A stretch of 64,000 bases of DNA. Origin: the human T2T-CHM13v2.0 reference genome, Homo sapiens. Under the pieces are notes generated by a model. That model was not told the DNA's origin. It saw nothing but the letters and a program-made list of their open reading frames with translations, and searched no databases. Position 1 is the stretch's first letter. Each line of letters begins with the position of its first letter. The position numbers and the translations under genes were made by a program. The stretch lies in the NCBI RefSeq assembly GCF_009914755.1, contig NC_060941.1. One strand, 5' to 3'. Shown here in pieces: positions 39,643 through 53,517 of this stretch.

Positions 39643-39648
39643 TTTATT
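39643..39648 (-). terminator. CD300C: CD300C polyadenylation signal AATAAA
   Basis: TTTATT on the plus strand ~460 nt after the stop. The paralogous site in the pseudogene is mutated (AAGAAA, 47456-47461). Confidence 0.75.
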
Positions 39649-40109
39649 AAAGTTTGAAAGCATCATTGAATCGACACACTCAGCAAATGGAAGCAGCCGC
39701 ATATTCTACACTCCTGGACCCAGGGAGTGTGGGCCATTATGGTGGCAAAGGTGCAGGGGAGTCCTAGACCTGCTTCTCCCTGTGAAAACGGTGGAGGAAG
39801 CAGTGCCAGGCTCCTGGAGAAATGGAAGGGTGCAGGGAGGGCATCCGGGCACTCAGAGGTATTGCTGACGGCCCGAGGCTTAGCTGGCCGGGGCGTGCAC
39901 ATGAGACGTGGACTCACAGCTCAGGGCGTCCATGTCCGTCAGGTTCACATGTGACACATGAGGATCGGGCACAGGGAAAAGGCTGAAGGAGGCTCACAAA
40001 GGATTCCAGGAGATGTGGAGAGAGCAGCCCGGGAGGGAGTGGTCAGGAGGTCATTCCAGTCCCCCAGAGGGGCTCTGTTGCAGCACAGGGCCTTGATGGA
40101 CAGCAGATG

Positions 40110-40257
40110 CTACTGGTTCTCACCCTTGGGCCAATTCTGCCTGCTTCTAGAGCTTCTCTGAGGTCTGTTCACCCAGAGGACGGCACCCAGCATGCTCAGG
40201 AGCAGGGGCAGCTCCAAGAGGACCAGGAGCAGGAAGCGGACATTGCTGAACAGGGAG
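40110..40257 (-). CDS. CD300C: CD300C exon 4: TM helix with Glu and short tail
   Basis: cccacag|C TCC CTG...; [48 protein letters not shown]. Exons sum 61+339+127+148 = 675 nt = 224 aa. Confidence 0.97.
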
Positions 40258-41381
40258 CTGTGGGGACACGGTGACAGGCAGTGAGTCACCTCCCCAGGGG
40301 AGGCCCAGGTGCCCTCCACCATCCCCTGACCCTTGTGTCCCAATCCTGTGACCACAGCCAACCACATAAGCACCCCCCTGGACAGTCCATCCCGTCTCAG
40401 CATCACGGCCCCTAACCCTCAGCCTCGGATTTACCCTTGACCTGAGGACTGTGACACAGGAAGGGCAGGACCATGAGAGGACGTGAGGTCACGCCAGGGA
40501 TCCAGGCAGGGTCTGTGTCCAGGACGCAGCTGTCTACCTCTGTGCTCCCCATGGAGGGTTACCCAGCTGGGGTCCCGGAATTCACAAAGGGTTATTTGTT
40601 TGGTGTCAACTCTCCTGTACACAGCGTTTCCAGGAGGGCAGGGACCATTTGTTTCATTCACAGTGAGTACCTGCTGCCTACCCGGAGTCTCCAATAATCT
40701 GCCCTACAACTTCAGTGGTTGTTGAAGGAATTAATGAATGGACAGCTCAGCTCTCAGCTCCTCAGAGGACTGGGCTTATCAAACAGGATGAAACTCTGGC
40801 CAGGGCTGCGAGAGAGGCAGGGGAGAGGACCAGGGCCACCGGACCCCAGAGCATCTGCCCCCTTCCCTGGCCTGGCCAGGTCCCAAGGCTCCTCGCAGGA
40901 CATTTGCCTCACTCCTCCCTCCACCTGGACCCTTCTTCCTCCAGACCCCAGAGTGCCCAGCCCCCAACCCTTGAGGTCTCTGTGCTCATGTCCTCTAATT
41001 CTCAAACCCTCTTCTGATCATCGTCAGTGAAATAGCAACTCCAACACCTGCACACGCTCTCCCCAAACCCAAGAGTCAAACATCTCATCCCAGCATTCAT
41101 TACCCTTTGCTGTATTTGTACATCAGCCTCTGTGCTGACTTGCTCAATGCGTGAATCCACGCAGTAGAACTCAACTTCCACCAGGGCAGGACAGTGGCTG
41201 TGTGGTTCCCTGCTGTGACCCAATCCCAAAAGGAGCGCCTGACACTTAATAGAACCTTCACGTTTGGTGTGGGAGGTGCGAACAAAGAAGGGACTGGAAG
41301 AAGGGACATCCGAGTCCCCTAAACATCACACGCAGTGGGGAGGCCGCCAGCGTGGCCCAGTCCTATGCGCAGGCACCTTAC

Positions 41382-41508
41382 CCAGGGTGTGGGCTGGGTT
41401 CGGGGCTGTCCTTTCTGGTCACGCTGGGCCAGGTGTGCACGGGCAGCTTCGTGGGAGGACCTGAGGTGCCCATGGAGCTCTGGGGGCTGGAGGCTGTGGT
41501 CGTCCCGG
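41382..41508 (-). CDS. CD300C: CD300C exon 3 (Ser/Thr/Pro-rich stalk)
   Basis: cccacag|CC GGG ACG...CCT GG|gtaag; 127 nt; AGTTTASSPQSSMGTSGPPTKLPVHTWPSVTRKDSPEPSPHPG. Confidence 0.97.
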
Positions 41509-43025
41509 CTGTGGGTGAAACACAGGTCAACCTTGATGACATCACATGGGTCTCCCACTTACTCTCACCTGTTCTGCTCCAATTTTCACAGACAAGGTCA
41601 CCAATGATGTGCTGGACAGATGCCCTGCATCCATCATGCCCCACGGCCACACCCAGGCCTGACCAGGGTCCTGGGCCTCTCCTTGTCCCATCCCTAGGTA
41701 CTGCAGAGCCAGGACACCATTTCAGATGTGAGAGCTGCCCTGCTCACCTGTGGCAAAGGTACGGGTCTCCAGGTTTCACCCCAGCCAGGGAGGGACAGGG
41801 TGACCTGGGGGAATGGGGTGATGTTTACTCTGCGAAGGGTGACCCAGAGTGACTGCGAAGCCAGGGCCCTGGGCACAGCAGTGGCTGGAGAGAGGCTGGA
41901 AGTGAGGACAGGAAGTCAGTGGGGTCCTCCCTGAACGATGGGACCCGAGTCCACTCAGCCCCAAATGGCAGCCATGCTGCGGCCCCACAAGGCCATTGGA
42001 CCATCCTCTCAGCAGGAGGGAATGCCCAGGAAGAAAGATCTAGAGAGGGGATGCCCGGTGAAGCCTGGGCGGCGGCCCGTGGTGAATACAGCTGGATAAG
42101 GGCCCTTTCCTCCTCTCCCTGGCGCCCTCAGGTGGGATCTTAGCTCCTCACTCCTAGATAGGAAGGCACAAAGGGCGCAGGAGGGACACGTCGCCCCCGG
42201 GGAAATGGAGAACAAGAAGATGCTCCGAGGAACCTGGGACATTGTCAGAAGAAAACGATGGAAAAGCAACCACACTGAGGCCACTGGGTTTGTGTCTTGT
42301 GAGACAGGAGGGGGCCTTTGAGGGAAGAATGATCTTCGGCACGGGAAAGGGCCCTCAGGTCCGTGCCAGTCTCAGCTCATTTCCATCCACAGGTCCCTTT
42401 GCCTGAGGGGGCAATTTCTGGGGTTCCCTCCTGTGGTAAAAGGTGCCAGAGAATAAGGGGGACACACAGGTCAGCCTCAGGGGCAGGATGTGGTTCCCAG
42501 GAGCATGAGAACCCCACCCAGGGCTCTGGGGCTCCTTCCTGTGTCCTCCAGTGGCTGCTGCAGGAGCTCCCAGGACAGGGCTGTGAGGCTGCGGCCTCAG
42601 GACCCTCCAGACAGGGCGGCATCCATGCAGGCCCCAGGGCAGGGGCAGCCTTGAGTGAGAGGAGCCAATGATGGGGGGGTCCAATTCCCCGTGGGGAAGA
42701 GCGAGTTAGACCCAGGCGGGACAGTGGGCACCCTTCAGTATGGATCCGGCCCTTGTCAATACAGGGAGGTAGCAAGGACCCCAGAGTCAGGGGTGGCCTC
42801 ACAGACCCCACCCAGGAAAGTTTCAGGCCTGAGGCCGTGAGGGAGGGCCCACAGCGGGGGGTCTCCAGCCACAGGGCCAGGGTGCTTTTGTGGGCGCCCA
42901 CCCTCCCAACACACACATGCAGGTGCACACACACACAAACCACACCACAACTCCTATGCAGGCACGCATACACAAAGACGCACTCACACTCATCCACACA
43001 CAGCGGCACACAGTGTCCTGACTCA

Positions 43026-43532
<507 letters not shown>

Positions 43533-43711
43533 TCAGCCCCTCATGGACCCTGGGCGTGTGGAGAAGGCAATGGCAGGCAGGCAGCCTTTGTCCACCCAGG
43601 AACAGGGACTGAGGGTGGGAGGCTCCCTCTGTGCAGAGGTGGGAAGGGCATGGGAAGTTTCCATGGAGACTGGAAAGGCAAGGCTAGGGAAACACTGGGT
43701 GTGTGCGGGCC

Positions 43712-43951
43712 TGTGTGTGCATGTGAGTGTGACTCTGTGTGTGTGACTGTGTGAGTGTGACTGTCTGTGTGAGTGTGACTGTGTGTGACTGTGTGTGCAT
43801 GTGTGACTGTGTGTGCATGTGAGTGTGACTGTGTGTGCATGTGTGACTGTGTGCATGTGTGTGTGAGACTGTGTGAGTGTGACTGTGTGTGCATGTGTGT
43901 GAGACTGTGTGAGTGTGACCGTGTGTGCGTGTGAGTGTGACTGTGTGTGTG
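43712..43951. repeat. Degenerate (TG)n-rich tandem repeat in CD300C intron 1
   Basis: Repeated GTGACTGTGTGTGCAT-like units. Confidence 0.9.
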
Positions 43952-44242
43952 ATCGTCCCAGATAAAATTTGTGATTGGATAACTTTGGCAATGACAGTCA
44001 CAGCATCACCTCCCACCAGGGCTTCCTGTCTCGGGCACAGAGGAATAGGCCTCCCCCGTGCTGTGCCCTGCCGCCTGCTGTCCCCTGGTGAGGCAGCTGC
44101 TGACCGCTCCTGGGTGCTCCTTTGCCCTCCTCCCCTCTCCCTGCCCCACTCCCCTCTATGACCGCTACTCCAGCGCCTGCACCCCTCCCTGCCCTCTCCC
44201 ACTCAGGACAGAGCTCCCCAAGTCCAGGGTCGGCCCACTCAC

Positions 44243-44303
44243 CTGGGACAAGCAGGAGGAGCAGAGCTGAAGACCGCCACGAGGCCCAGGCCCTGGCAGT
44301 CAT
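44243..44303 (-). CDS. CD300C: CD300C exon 1 (signal peptide)
   Basis: ATG ACT GCC AGG...GTC CCA G|gtgag = MTARAWASWRSSALLLLLVP(G). Confidence 0.97.
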
Positions 44304-47300
44304 TCCTGTAACACGAATGTCACCTGCCACTGTGCAAGACCCCAGGAGGGGACAAAATGTAATCTCCTCCCAGCAGATCTGAGCTTCGCTTCTGCTTTTC
44401 TTCTGCTCTCTGCTTCCTTGTCCAGCCCTGTCTCAGGTCTGAGGCTGGAGAGGGTCAGGGTACAGGAAGCTCAGGGAGAGAGCCGCCTGGGCTGAGGCCG
44501 GTGCTGACAGCTCTGGGATGGTGCTAGTGGCTCCTCTCAACCCTGACGTCTGGCAAAGTCCAGGGTCCCTTGGGTGGCGATGCAGCCACTTCCCCACAGC
44601 CCACAGCTTCTGGCTTCAGTGTGTTACTCACACTGCAGAAGGCAGAGCCAAGCTGGGCCATTTCCTACCACATGGGCTGCTCCACCCTCTGTGACATGTC
44701 ACTTCCTGGTCAGGATGGACAATCTTGTGGTTGGAGGCTAAATCTGCCACCTTCTTTAGCCTTGGAGGTGACCAGAGAGAGGTTGTGTCCCTTAATCTTC
44801 AGCTAGGTCCCCGCAGAGACCTCTGCCCCTAAGACCCCCAGCTCTTCTTCTGGCCTCAGAAGTTAGCGCTATGAACCCAGACACCATCTGCATGTCCCTT
44901 TTTGGTGCTGAGTCCCCAACCAGGTTAAAATCCCACAGGCTTGGGGAGTTTTCCTCTTGTGCCCCTGCCCCCAGACCTACACACACAGCGGCATCACCCA
45001 CCCGAGACCCTCCTTTTCCATCTTGTCTTCTTGCCAAAATCCATGCCCCAGTGGGAATCAGGGCAGAGAACTGAGAATAGAGAGAGAGTTCAGACATGTG
45101 AAGATGCTGAAGTGGGACTTTGTGGAGGATGTGAGGCTGCGACTGAGCCAGCACACACCCCAGGGCACACGGAGGGGTGTTTGGTGACTGAGAGGACAGT
45201 TTGTCATGAGCAGCGGCTGCTGGTGTCTATCCTGGGTCCACTGTGATGGCCAGGGGCCTCCGCAGGGAGCAGACATGGCAGACAGGCCTTCCCAGGAGGC
45301 GGGAACCCAGGTCTATCCACACTCGGCATGGCTGGTTCTCCTGACGTGATGGGCTCAGGGTGTCTTTACCCTGGAAAGGGCAAGGAGGCTAGTCAGACAC
45401 AGGATTTACCTCCTGTCTGTCCTGGAGGGCATCACCCCTTCTCCACCTTCTCATGCCTTAAGCATATTCCTTGACTCTCCCAACCCTCCTACAGATTTCT
45501 GTTCCTTTCTTCCTATCAGAGTCAATAGCACCAGTATGTGCACACAGCCATGAGGTTGAGTGGAGAGTGATGGGAGTCTGGGCAAACCTGGCACCATGAA
45601 GGGGTCTCTGCACCCTCGACCTGCCCTGTCCTCCCTCCATTTACACTCTCAGGGACACAGCATGCACTGGGGTCATTGGTGTTGATGCCCCCAGACTCAC
45701 ATCATGGGACTATCTCTAGCCCAGTGCAATCCCAGGGCCTCCAATTAGCCCAGTGCTCAGGTCTGGCCTGGGCCTGGCTTTGAAGTATCCCGGCTCTTTC
45801 ATGGGCTGACCTGGTCTCCCCTTCTGCTCATACCCACCCCTTTCATTCTCCACAGAATCAGCAATGTGATCCCTGACACACACACATGGCCCTGGGGAGG
45901 CGCTGCTGAACTCCCAATGGCTCCTGCTGTCACAGGATGGCACCCACCTGACCTGGCCTCTGCACACAGGTCCTGGCAGGCCCCAGCACCTGGTAGGTGT
46001 CTCCAGCCTCCTGGATCCAGGTTCACACTGGTGCTGCCACCCTCCCCACTCGGGCCTTTGTCCAGACCCTCAACCTCCCACTCCTCTGCCTGGCTCCAGC
46101 CGACAGGGTTGCCTGCGTGTTCCTTGACCTTCCCGGGTTATGGTGGCTCGCTTTTTAGGGGTCCTCATGACCCATTTCACACTTCCCTCTCGTCTTCCTC
46201 AGTCTTTCTGTTGGCGAGTCAATGTCTGCTCCCATCTAGGGTGGCCGCCCCTTGAGAGCAGGTGCAGCCTCTTGTCTCATTCACAGCTGTGCCCGTTATC
46301 ATTCCAGAGTCTGCCAAGTGCAGTTTAACAAACTGGCTGTTGAAAGGATGAATGGGTGAATGGATACATGACATCCTGATGTCCCACTGCCTCAGAGGAC
46401 TTAGTCATCCAAAGTTGGTGCACCATTTCCTGCCCAGGCTGGGGAGGAGACAGGAAATGCTGTCTGGAGGCCCTGAAGCCACCTGACCCAGGGAGGCATC
46501 TGCCCCTGGCAGGACATGTGCACCTGCTCCTCTCTCTGCCTCAGGGCTCCTCCTCCAGGGATCCTGGCGCTCACCCCCTCCTTTCTCCTGATCCCTGCTT
46601 GCTCAGCGCCTATTAGAGGGGCTTCACCACAGTCCCCCTCAGCTCCTGCACAGCAGTCACCCCACTTCTCTTATTTCATTCCGTGACTCTTTTCATCTCT
46701 GACTTTTATATTTCTTCTGGAATTTATGCACGTATTTTTGCATCTGTTTATCATTTCTATCCCCCGCCTGGAATATGAGCTCAATGAAAACAGAGCTCCT
46801 TGCCTGGGTGTTCACGGCTGGACTCCAATGCCAGGTCAGTGTCTGATACACCAGAAGCTCCCATAAGTATCTGCTGAATGTAAAAATAGGTGAGGACCCC
46901 CAGGCGTGTCCCTCCTTGACCTGGTGGACTCATGGGGATCATCTGCCTCACAGGGGTCTTGGGTGTGGCATCCCTGGAACCGAAACGATGGTCAGCTGAT
47001 AACGTCTTCCTTTGTCTGGATAAGCAGACATGGTCTGCACTAGTAAGCAAAAGACTCAGTTAACTACCACATTAAGAAGTCACGGCCCTCAACCAATTTC
47101 CATATTTGAGTCAGTTAAAAGCCACAGCCCTGGAATGAAGGGGAGGTCAGGTCCCCTTGAGGAAGGAGGAAGGAAAGGCCTGGCTACCATGCCACAACTC
47201 ACACTGATAATCTTCTACCAGCCCTCCCGCAGGGACCAGAAGACACTGGCCAGGATGTGTCTACATAAGGAACGGAATTGTCAGGTTTTGGGGGGAATCC

Positions 47301-47919
47301 TGGATCCTCTTCTGCAGGGACCCCAGTCCTGAGAGGCCCAGCCTGGGGCTTAGTCCACTATTCTGAGCAAAGGCCTGTGGAGATCAGGGAACAATGGAGT
47401 TTTCACCCAGGTCTGACTTAGTGGGCATGATAGGTCCAGAATCTATGTATTGTCATTTCTTAAAGTTCGAAAGCATCATTGAATTGACACACTCAGCAAA
47501 TGGAAGCAGCCACATATTCTGCACTCCTGGACCCGGGGAGTGTGGGCCATTATGGTGGCAAAGGTGCAGGGGAGTCCTGGACCTGCTCCTCCCTGTGAAA
47601 ACGTTGAAGGAAGCAATGCCAAGCTCCTGGAGAAATGGAAAGGTGCAGAGAGGGCATCAGGCACTTAGAGGTGTTGGTGACAGCTCGAGGTTCAGCTGGC
47701 CAGGGCGTGCACATGAGACATGGAGTCACAGCTCAGGGCGTCTGTGTCCATCAGGTTCACGTGTGATTCATGGATCAGGCACAGGGAAAAGGCTGAAGGA
47801 GGCTCACAGAGAATTCCAGGAGATGTGGAGAGAGCAGCCCGGGAGGGAGTGGTCAGGAGGTCATTCCAGTCCCGCAAAGGGGTTCTGTCGCAGTGCAGGG
47901 CCTTGATGGACAGTAGATG

Positions 47920-50900
47920 CTACTGGTTCTCACCCTCTGGCCAACTCTGCCTGCTTCCAGAGCTTCTCTGAGGTCCGTTCACCCAGACGACGGCACCCAG
48001 CATGCTCAGGAGCAGGGGCAGCTCCAGGACCAGGAGCAGGACGTAGGGGCTGCTGAACAGGGAGCTGTGGGGACACGGTGATGGCAGTGAGTCATCTCCC
48101 CAGGGGAAGCCCAGGTGCCCTCCACCTTCTGCCTGTCTGTGAACCCAGGTCCTGTGGCCACACAAATCCCTGTGAGGACAAACTCTGTATATGACAACTC
48201 CTCTAAAGAGATCATTAGACCCTGACCTTCAGCCTGAGAGTCCCTGGAGTCTCAGGACTGCCTATAAGGAAGCACGTGGCCGTGAAAATGGTGCATGAGG
48301 ACAGGGAGGGATCCAGGTGAGAACCACACCCACAAGATCTCTACATCCCGGGGTTATTCACTGGCGCATGGAATCAGTCATGTAGTTTGATGCCTGTATG
48401 GCCATCATTTCCCGAGAAGGTGAGGACTATTCATGTTATTCACAAGTAACTGGTACCTGCCCTCTGGTTGCAAATATCAGCCTGTAAAATTCATGGTTGT
48501 TGAAGGAATGGAAGGAATGAATGAATGGCCCAGCTCAGCTCTCAGCTCCTCAGAGGACTGGGCTCATCAAACAGGATGAGACTCGGGCCAGGGCTGCAAG
48601 GGAGGCCAGGGGAGAGGGCCGGGGTCACCGGGCACCAAAACATCTGCCCCCTGCCCTGGCCTGGCCGGGTCCCAGGACTCCCTTGCAGGACATTTGCCTC
48701 ACTCCTCCCTCTGCCTGGACCCCTCTTCCCCCAGACCCCAGAGCGCCCTGCTCCCAAATCCTGCAGGTCTCCACGCTCATGTCCTCTAATCCACAAACCC
48801 TCTTCTGATCATTGTCAGTGAAATAGCGACTCCAACACCCACACACATGCTCCCCAAACCCAAGGCACAAATATCTCTTCCCAGCAGTCATCAAACTTCG
48901 CTGTATTTGTCTGTCAGCCACTGTGCTGACCTGTTCACTGTGTGAATCCACCTGGTAGAACCCAAACTCCACCAGAGCAGGACTGTGGCTGAGTGGTTCC
49001 CTGCTGTGACCCTATCCTGACAGGAGCACCTGGCACTTAGTAGGACCTTCACATTAGGTGTGGGAGGCGTGAGCAAAGAAGGGACCAGAAGAAGAGAGAC
49101 ACAACCATCCCATCTCTCCCCAGCCTACAGGAAAGGCTGCCCAGGTGGCAGTCCTGGGGGCACGAACCTTACCCTGGGTGTGGGCTGGGATCAGGGCTGT
49201 CCTGTCTGGTAGAGCTGGGCCAGGTGCACGCTGGGACGTAACGGGAGGACCCGAGGTGCCCGTGGAGCTCTGAGACTGGAGGCCGCTGTCAGGGCTGCAG
49301 GGGCATCACAGGTCAGTCTCGGCGACCTCGCCTGAGTCTCCCACTCATCATCACCTGTTCAGCTCTGATTTCCACAGACACGATCACTCAGTACATGCTG
49401 GACAGATGCCCTGAGTCCAACACGTTCCACGGCCACACGCAGGCCGGACCAGGGCCCTGGGCCCCTCCCTAGTCTTATCCCCAAGTACTTCATAGCCAGA
49501 TGAGCACTTTCAGAGGCAAGAGTCAACCTGCTCTCTAGGGGAACGTGAGAGTCTGTGGAAAGAAGACCTGGCTGCAGACCCCATCCCAGCCAAGGAGGGA
49601 GGGGTGACATTCACTCTGTGAAGCGTGACCTAGAGTGACTGCGGAGCCAGGGCCCTGGGCATGGCAGTGGCTGGAGTGAACTGGAAGTAAGGACAGGAAG
49701 TCAGTGGGGCCCTCCCTGAATGATGGGACCCGAGTCCACTCAACCCCAAATGTCAGCCAGGCTGGTGGCCCCACAAGGCCAGACACTTTCAGGGTGGGGC
49801 ACACAGAGGAGTCTCCAACAACAGGTGCAAATGTGCTTTTGTGCATGTCAGCACACACACACACGGGTGCACACACACAAACACACCACACAATTGTGCA
49901 AGCACACACACACCACACCTGCGCACGCACACACACACACCACAAACACAACTCACACCTGTGCATGCGTGCGCACACACACACCTGTGCATACACACAC
50001 AGCAAACCCATGCATGCACACACAGACACTGTGTCCTAAGTCACTGCCTGCAACCTCACACACTCCTGTCCCATTTCTCACTTCAGGGACAGAATGACCA
50101 GCCCTAGACTCAGACAGGCCTGGTGCTGAGTGAAGGGGGCTCCCCTGGGAACACCGACACCTCCACCTGGAAGACAAGGTCTTGGAAGACAAGATCTTGA
50201 AATTCTTGGAGCAATAGTCTATTGACCCCACACAAATATCCACCTGCATCCTCCTCTGTGAGGCTCTCCAGGGTCACTGTGAAGCTGAGGTTTGCAGGAT
50301 GGTCCCTGATGGACACTCAGCCATTACTCACTCCTGCTGACTCTCCAGCCTTTACAGTCTTGTCACATAGTAGAAAAAGTGGTTGTCTGCACCAGTATTT
50401 GTTGAAAGTCCTGTATTCCTCCTCATACTGACACTGCACATTCAGGGATCCCCACTGCGGTGTCTGTCATGGTGCTGGGGCCGCCCACAGCAAAACAGCC
50501 TGGAAAATACAAGCCAAAGTCCCAGCTTCTCCTCAGATGGGCCTGGGTCAGGGATGTTCTGGGGTCAGGGCCTCTCGGACCCTGGGGTTGTAGAGGAGAC
50601 AGTGGCAGGCAGACAGCCCTTGTCCACCCAGGAATCTGAACTGAGGGGTGAGTAGCTCCCTCCCTGCAGAGGTGGGAACGGGGAGGGGGGTTTCCATGGA
50701 GACAGGAAGGGCATGGACTGGGAAAACACTGTGCGTGTGCATGCCTGTGTGTGCACGTGCATGCATCTATGATTGTATGTGTGGTTCATCAAGATGGCAT
50801 TTCGGATTGGATAACTGTGGCAATGACAATCACAGGCACCTCTCCCCCAGGGCCTTCTCTGTCGAGGATGCAGTGGAACATGACTCACCTGCGCTGTGCC

Positions 50901-51070
50901 CTGGAGCCTGGCACTCAGCTAGTGAGGCAGCTGCTGACAGCTCCTTGATGCTCCTCTGTCCTCCTGCCCTCTCTCCATGTCCCTACTTCCATGTCCAGGG
51001 CCCACCCACCTGAGACATTCAGGAGGAACAGAGCTGCCAGTAGCCGAGCAGCCCGATCCCTGGTGGCCTC
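47920..51070 (-). pseudogene. Unprocessed CD300C-like pseudogene (exon remnants 51010-51070, 50145-50499, 49173-49294, 47920-48064)
   Basis: The ATG position reads GAG. The Ig exon has a +1 frameshift near 50450, an in-frame TGA at 50317-50319 (CGA in CD300C), YWC changed to YLC, and a GT-to-GG donor. Exon 3 is 122 nt (out of phase). The poly(A) signal is mutated. Only the TM exon is open. Confidence 0.93.
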
Positions 51071-51640
51071 TTCTCAGATGTCACTTGTCACTGCATCAGG
51101 CTCTGGTAGGACAAGGTGGAGTCCCCTCTCCCAGGGTCTGAGCCCCACTTCTGCTTTCTTTCCCTATCTGCTTCCTTGTCCAGCCCTGTCTCAAGTCTGA
51201 GGCTGGAGATGGGAGATTGCAGAAAGCTCAGGAGAGAAGCTCCCTGGGCCGGTGCAGGCACGCCTAGACTCAAGGGGCCAGGGACCAGGGGCCAAGGTGC
51301 AACCAGGATCTGAAGCTCAATGGGCAGTTCCAACCAGAGCAAGTTTCATCCCTAAAGACAAGTGCCCAGGGCAGGGGGCATCCAGGCAGGAAAGAGGAGG
51401 ACACATCTGATTCTGGCCCATGGCTTCCGCTATATTGAGAAGCAGCACACACACTGCACGTTGAACTTCTCACTTCTGGGAGAGGAAGAGACACCCAATG
51501 TCCCTACTGAACATGTTCACCTAGGCTGGAACTTGGTTTGGTGACAATCTTCAATGCTTCTTATTTGTGAACAAGGGAAGCAGTCTTTGAAGCACTAACT
51601 ATAACCAATGCCAGACCTAAGTTAGATTATCTATATAACT

Positions 51641-52294
51641 TGTGAACCAAAGTGTATCTGAGACAAGTCGCAATTAATTTTGGAAGTTTATTTTGCCAAG
51701 GTTAAAAGTACATCCATGACAGCCTCAGGAGGTCCTCACAACATGAGGTGGTCAGGGCACAGCTTGGCTTTATACATTTTAAGGATACATAAGACATCAA
51801 TCAGTATATTAGATTGGTACAAAAGTAATTGCAGTTTTGCCATTACTTTTAATGCACTCCAGCCTGGGCAACATTAGTTTTAATGGCAAAAATCACAATT
51901 ACTTTTGCACCAACCTAATATGTAAGATGTACGTTGGTTCGGTCTAGAAAGGCAAAACAACTCAAAGTGGGAGGGGGCTTCCAGGTCACAGGTAGATAAG
52001 AGACAAACAGTTGCATTTTTTTGAGTTTCTGATTAGCCTTTCCAAGGGAAGCAATCAGATATACATTTATCTCAGAGAGTAAAGGGATGACATTGAGTTA
52101 CATCTGTCCTTTGTCCGTAAGGAATTTCTTTGTGAACGAATTGTGAGGGAGGTATGTAGCTTTTTTTTTTTAAATCTTAGTAGCTATCTTTTTTAGCAAT
52201 AGAACGGGAGGCAGGTTTGCTCTAAACAGTTCCCAGCTTGGCTGTTCCCTTTGGCTTGGTGGTTGTGGGGTCTGGAGATTTATTTTCCTTCCAC
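51641..52294 (-). mobile_element. MER4-family ERV1 LTR
   Basis: The minus strand starts TGTGGAAGGAAAATAAATCT...AAGCTGGGAACTG...GCAAACCTGCCTCCC. Confidence 0.75.
51809..51918. mobile_element. MADE1 (Hsmar1-derived MITE) with a central insertion
   Basis: TTAGATTGGTACAAAAGTAATTGC...CAATTACTTTTGCACCAACCTAA inverted repeats with TA TSD. Confidence 0.9.
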
Positions 52295-52325
52295 AAACTT
52301 CAGGGCTGGTTGGCAGAAGTATTGA

Positions 52326-52538
<213 letters not shown>

Positions 52539-52629
52539 TAATTATACTTTATTGCTTTTTGTGTACCAAGAAATTGATCTGTGAACTTCCCTCATTTAAA
52601 ATATACCGCAATTTTGTAACCTTGTTTTT

Positions 52630-52663
<34 letters not shown>

Positions 52664-53073
52664 AATAGAAGTGGCCCAGGCCCCTCTGGACCTTAGGGAG
52701 GCCCTGAAGGCCAGAGAGGAATAAAGCAGATATGTCTGATTCCAGTCCAAGGAAAGACATTCACTTTGGGCTTTAATCTTTGCTTAATTATTTTTTCCTT
52801 TGCAAAAGAGAAAGAGACTCAATTTCCTCAGTGGGTGGCTCTATGATATTGGATGTGCAGCTTGTCGACTCCTTAGGCGTTGTATTCTAAGTTTCTCTAT
52901 GGCAGGCCTTGAAAACCAAACAATTAATCAACTCCGGGCAATGTCTATGGAGAGGTCACTCTGCATGTGAGAGGGGGACCTCCCCAGCCAGAGTCTTCCT
53001 GAGTTTCTGTGTGGATCTTCCTGAATCAGGTCCTTATGTGCAGGCTTGAGAGTTGAAGAAAGAAATTCCCACA

Positions 53074-53517
<444 letters not shown>

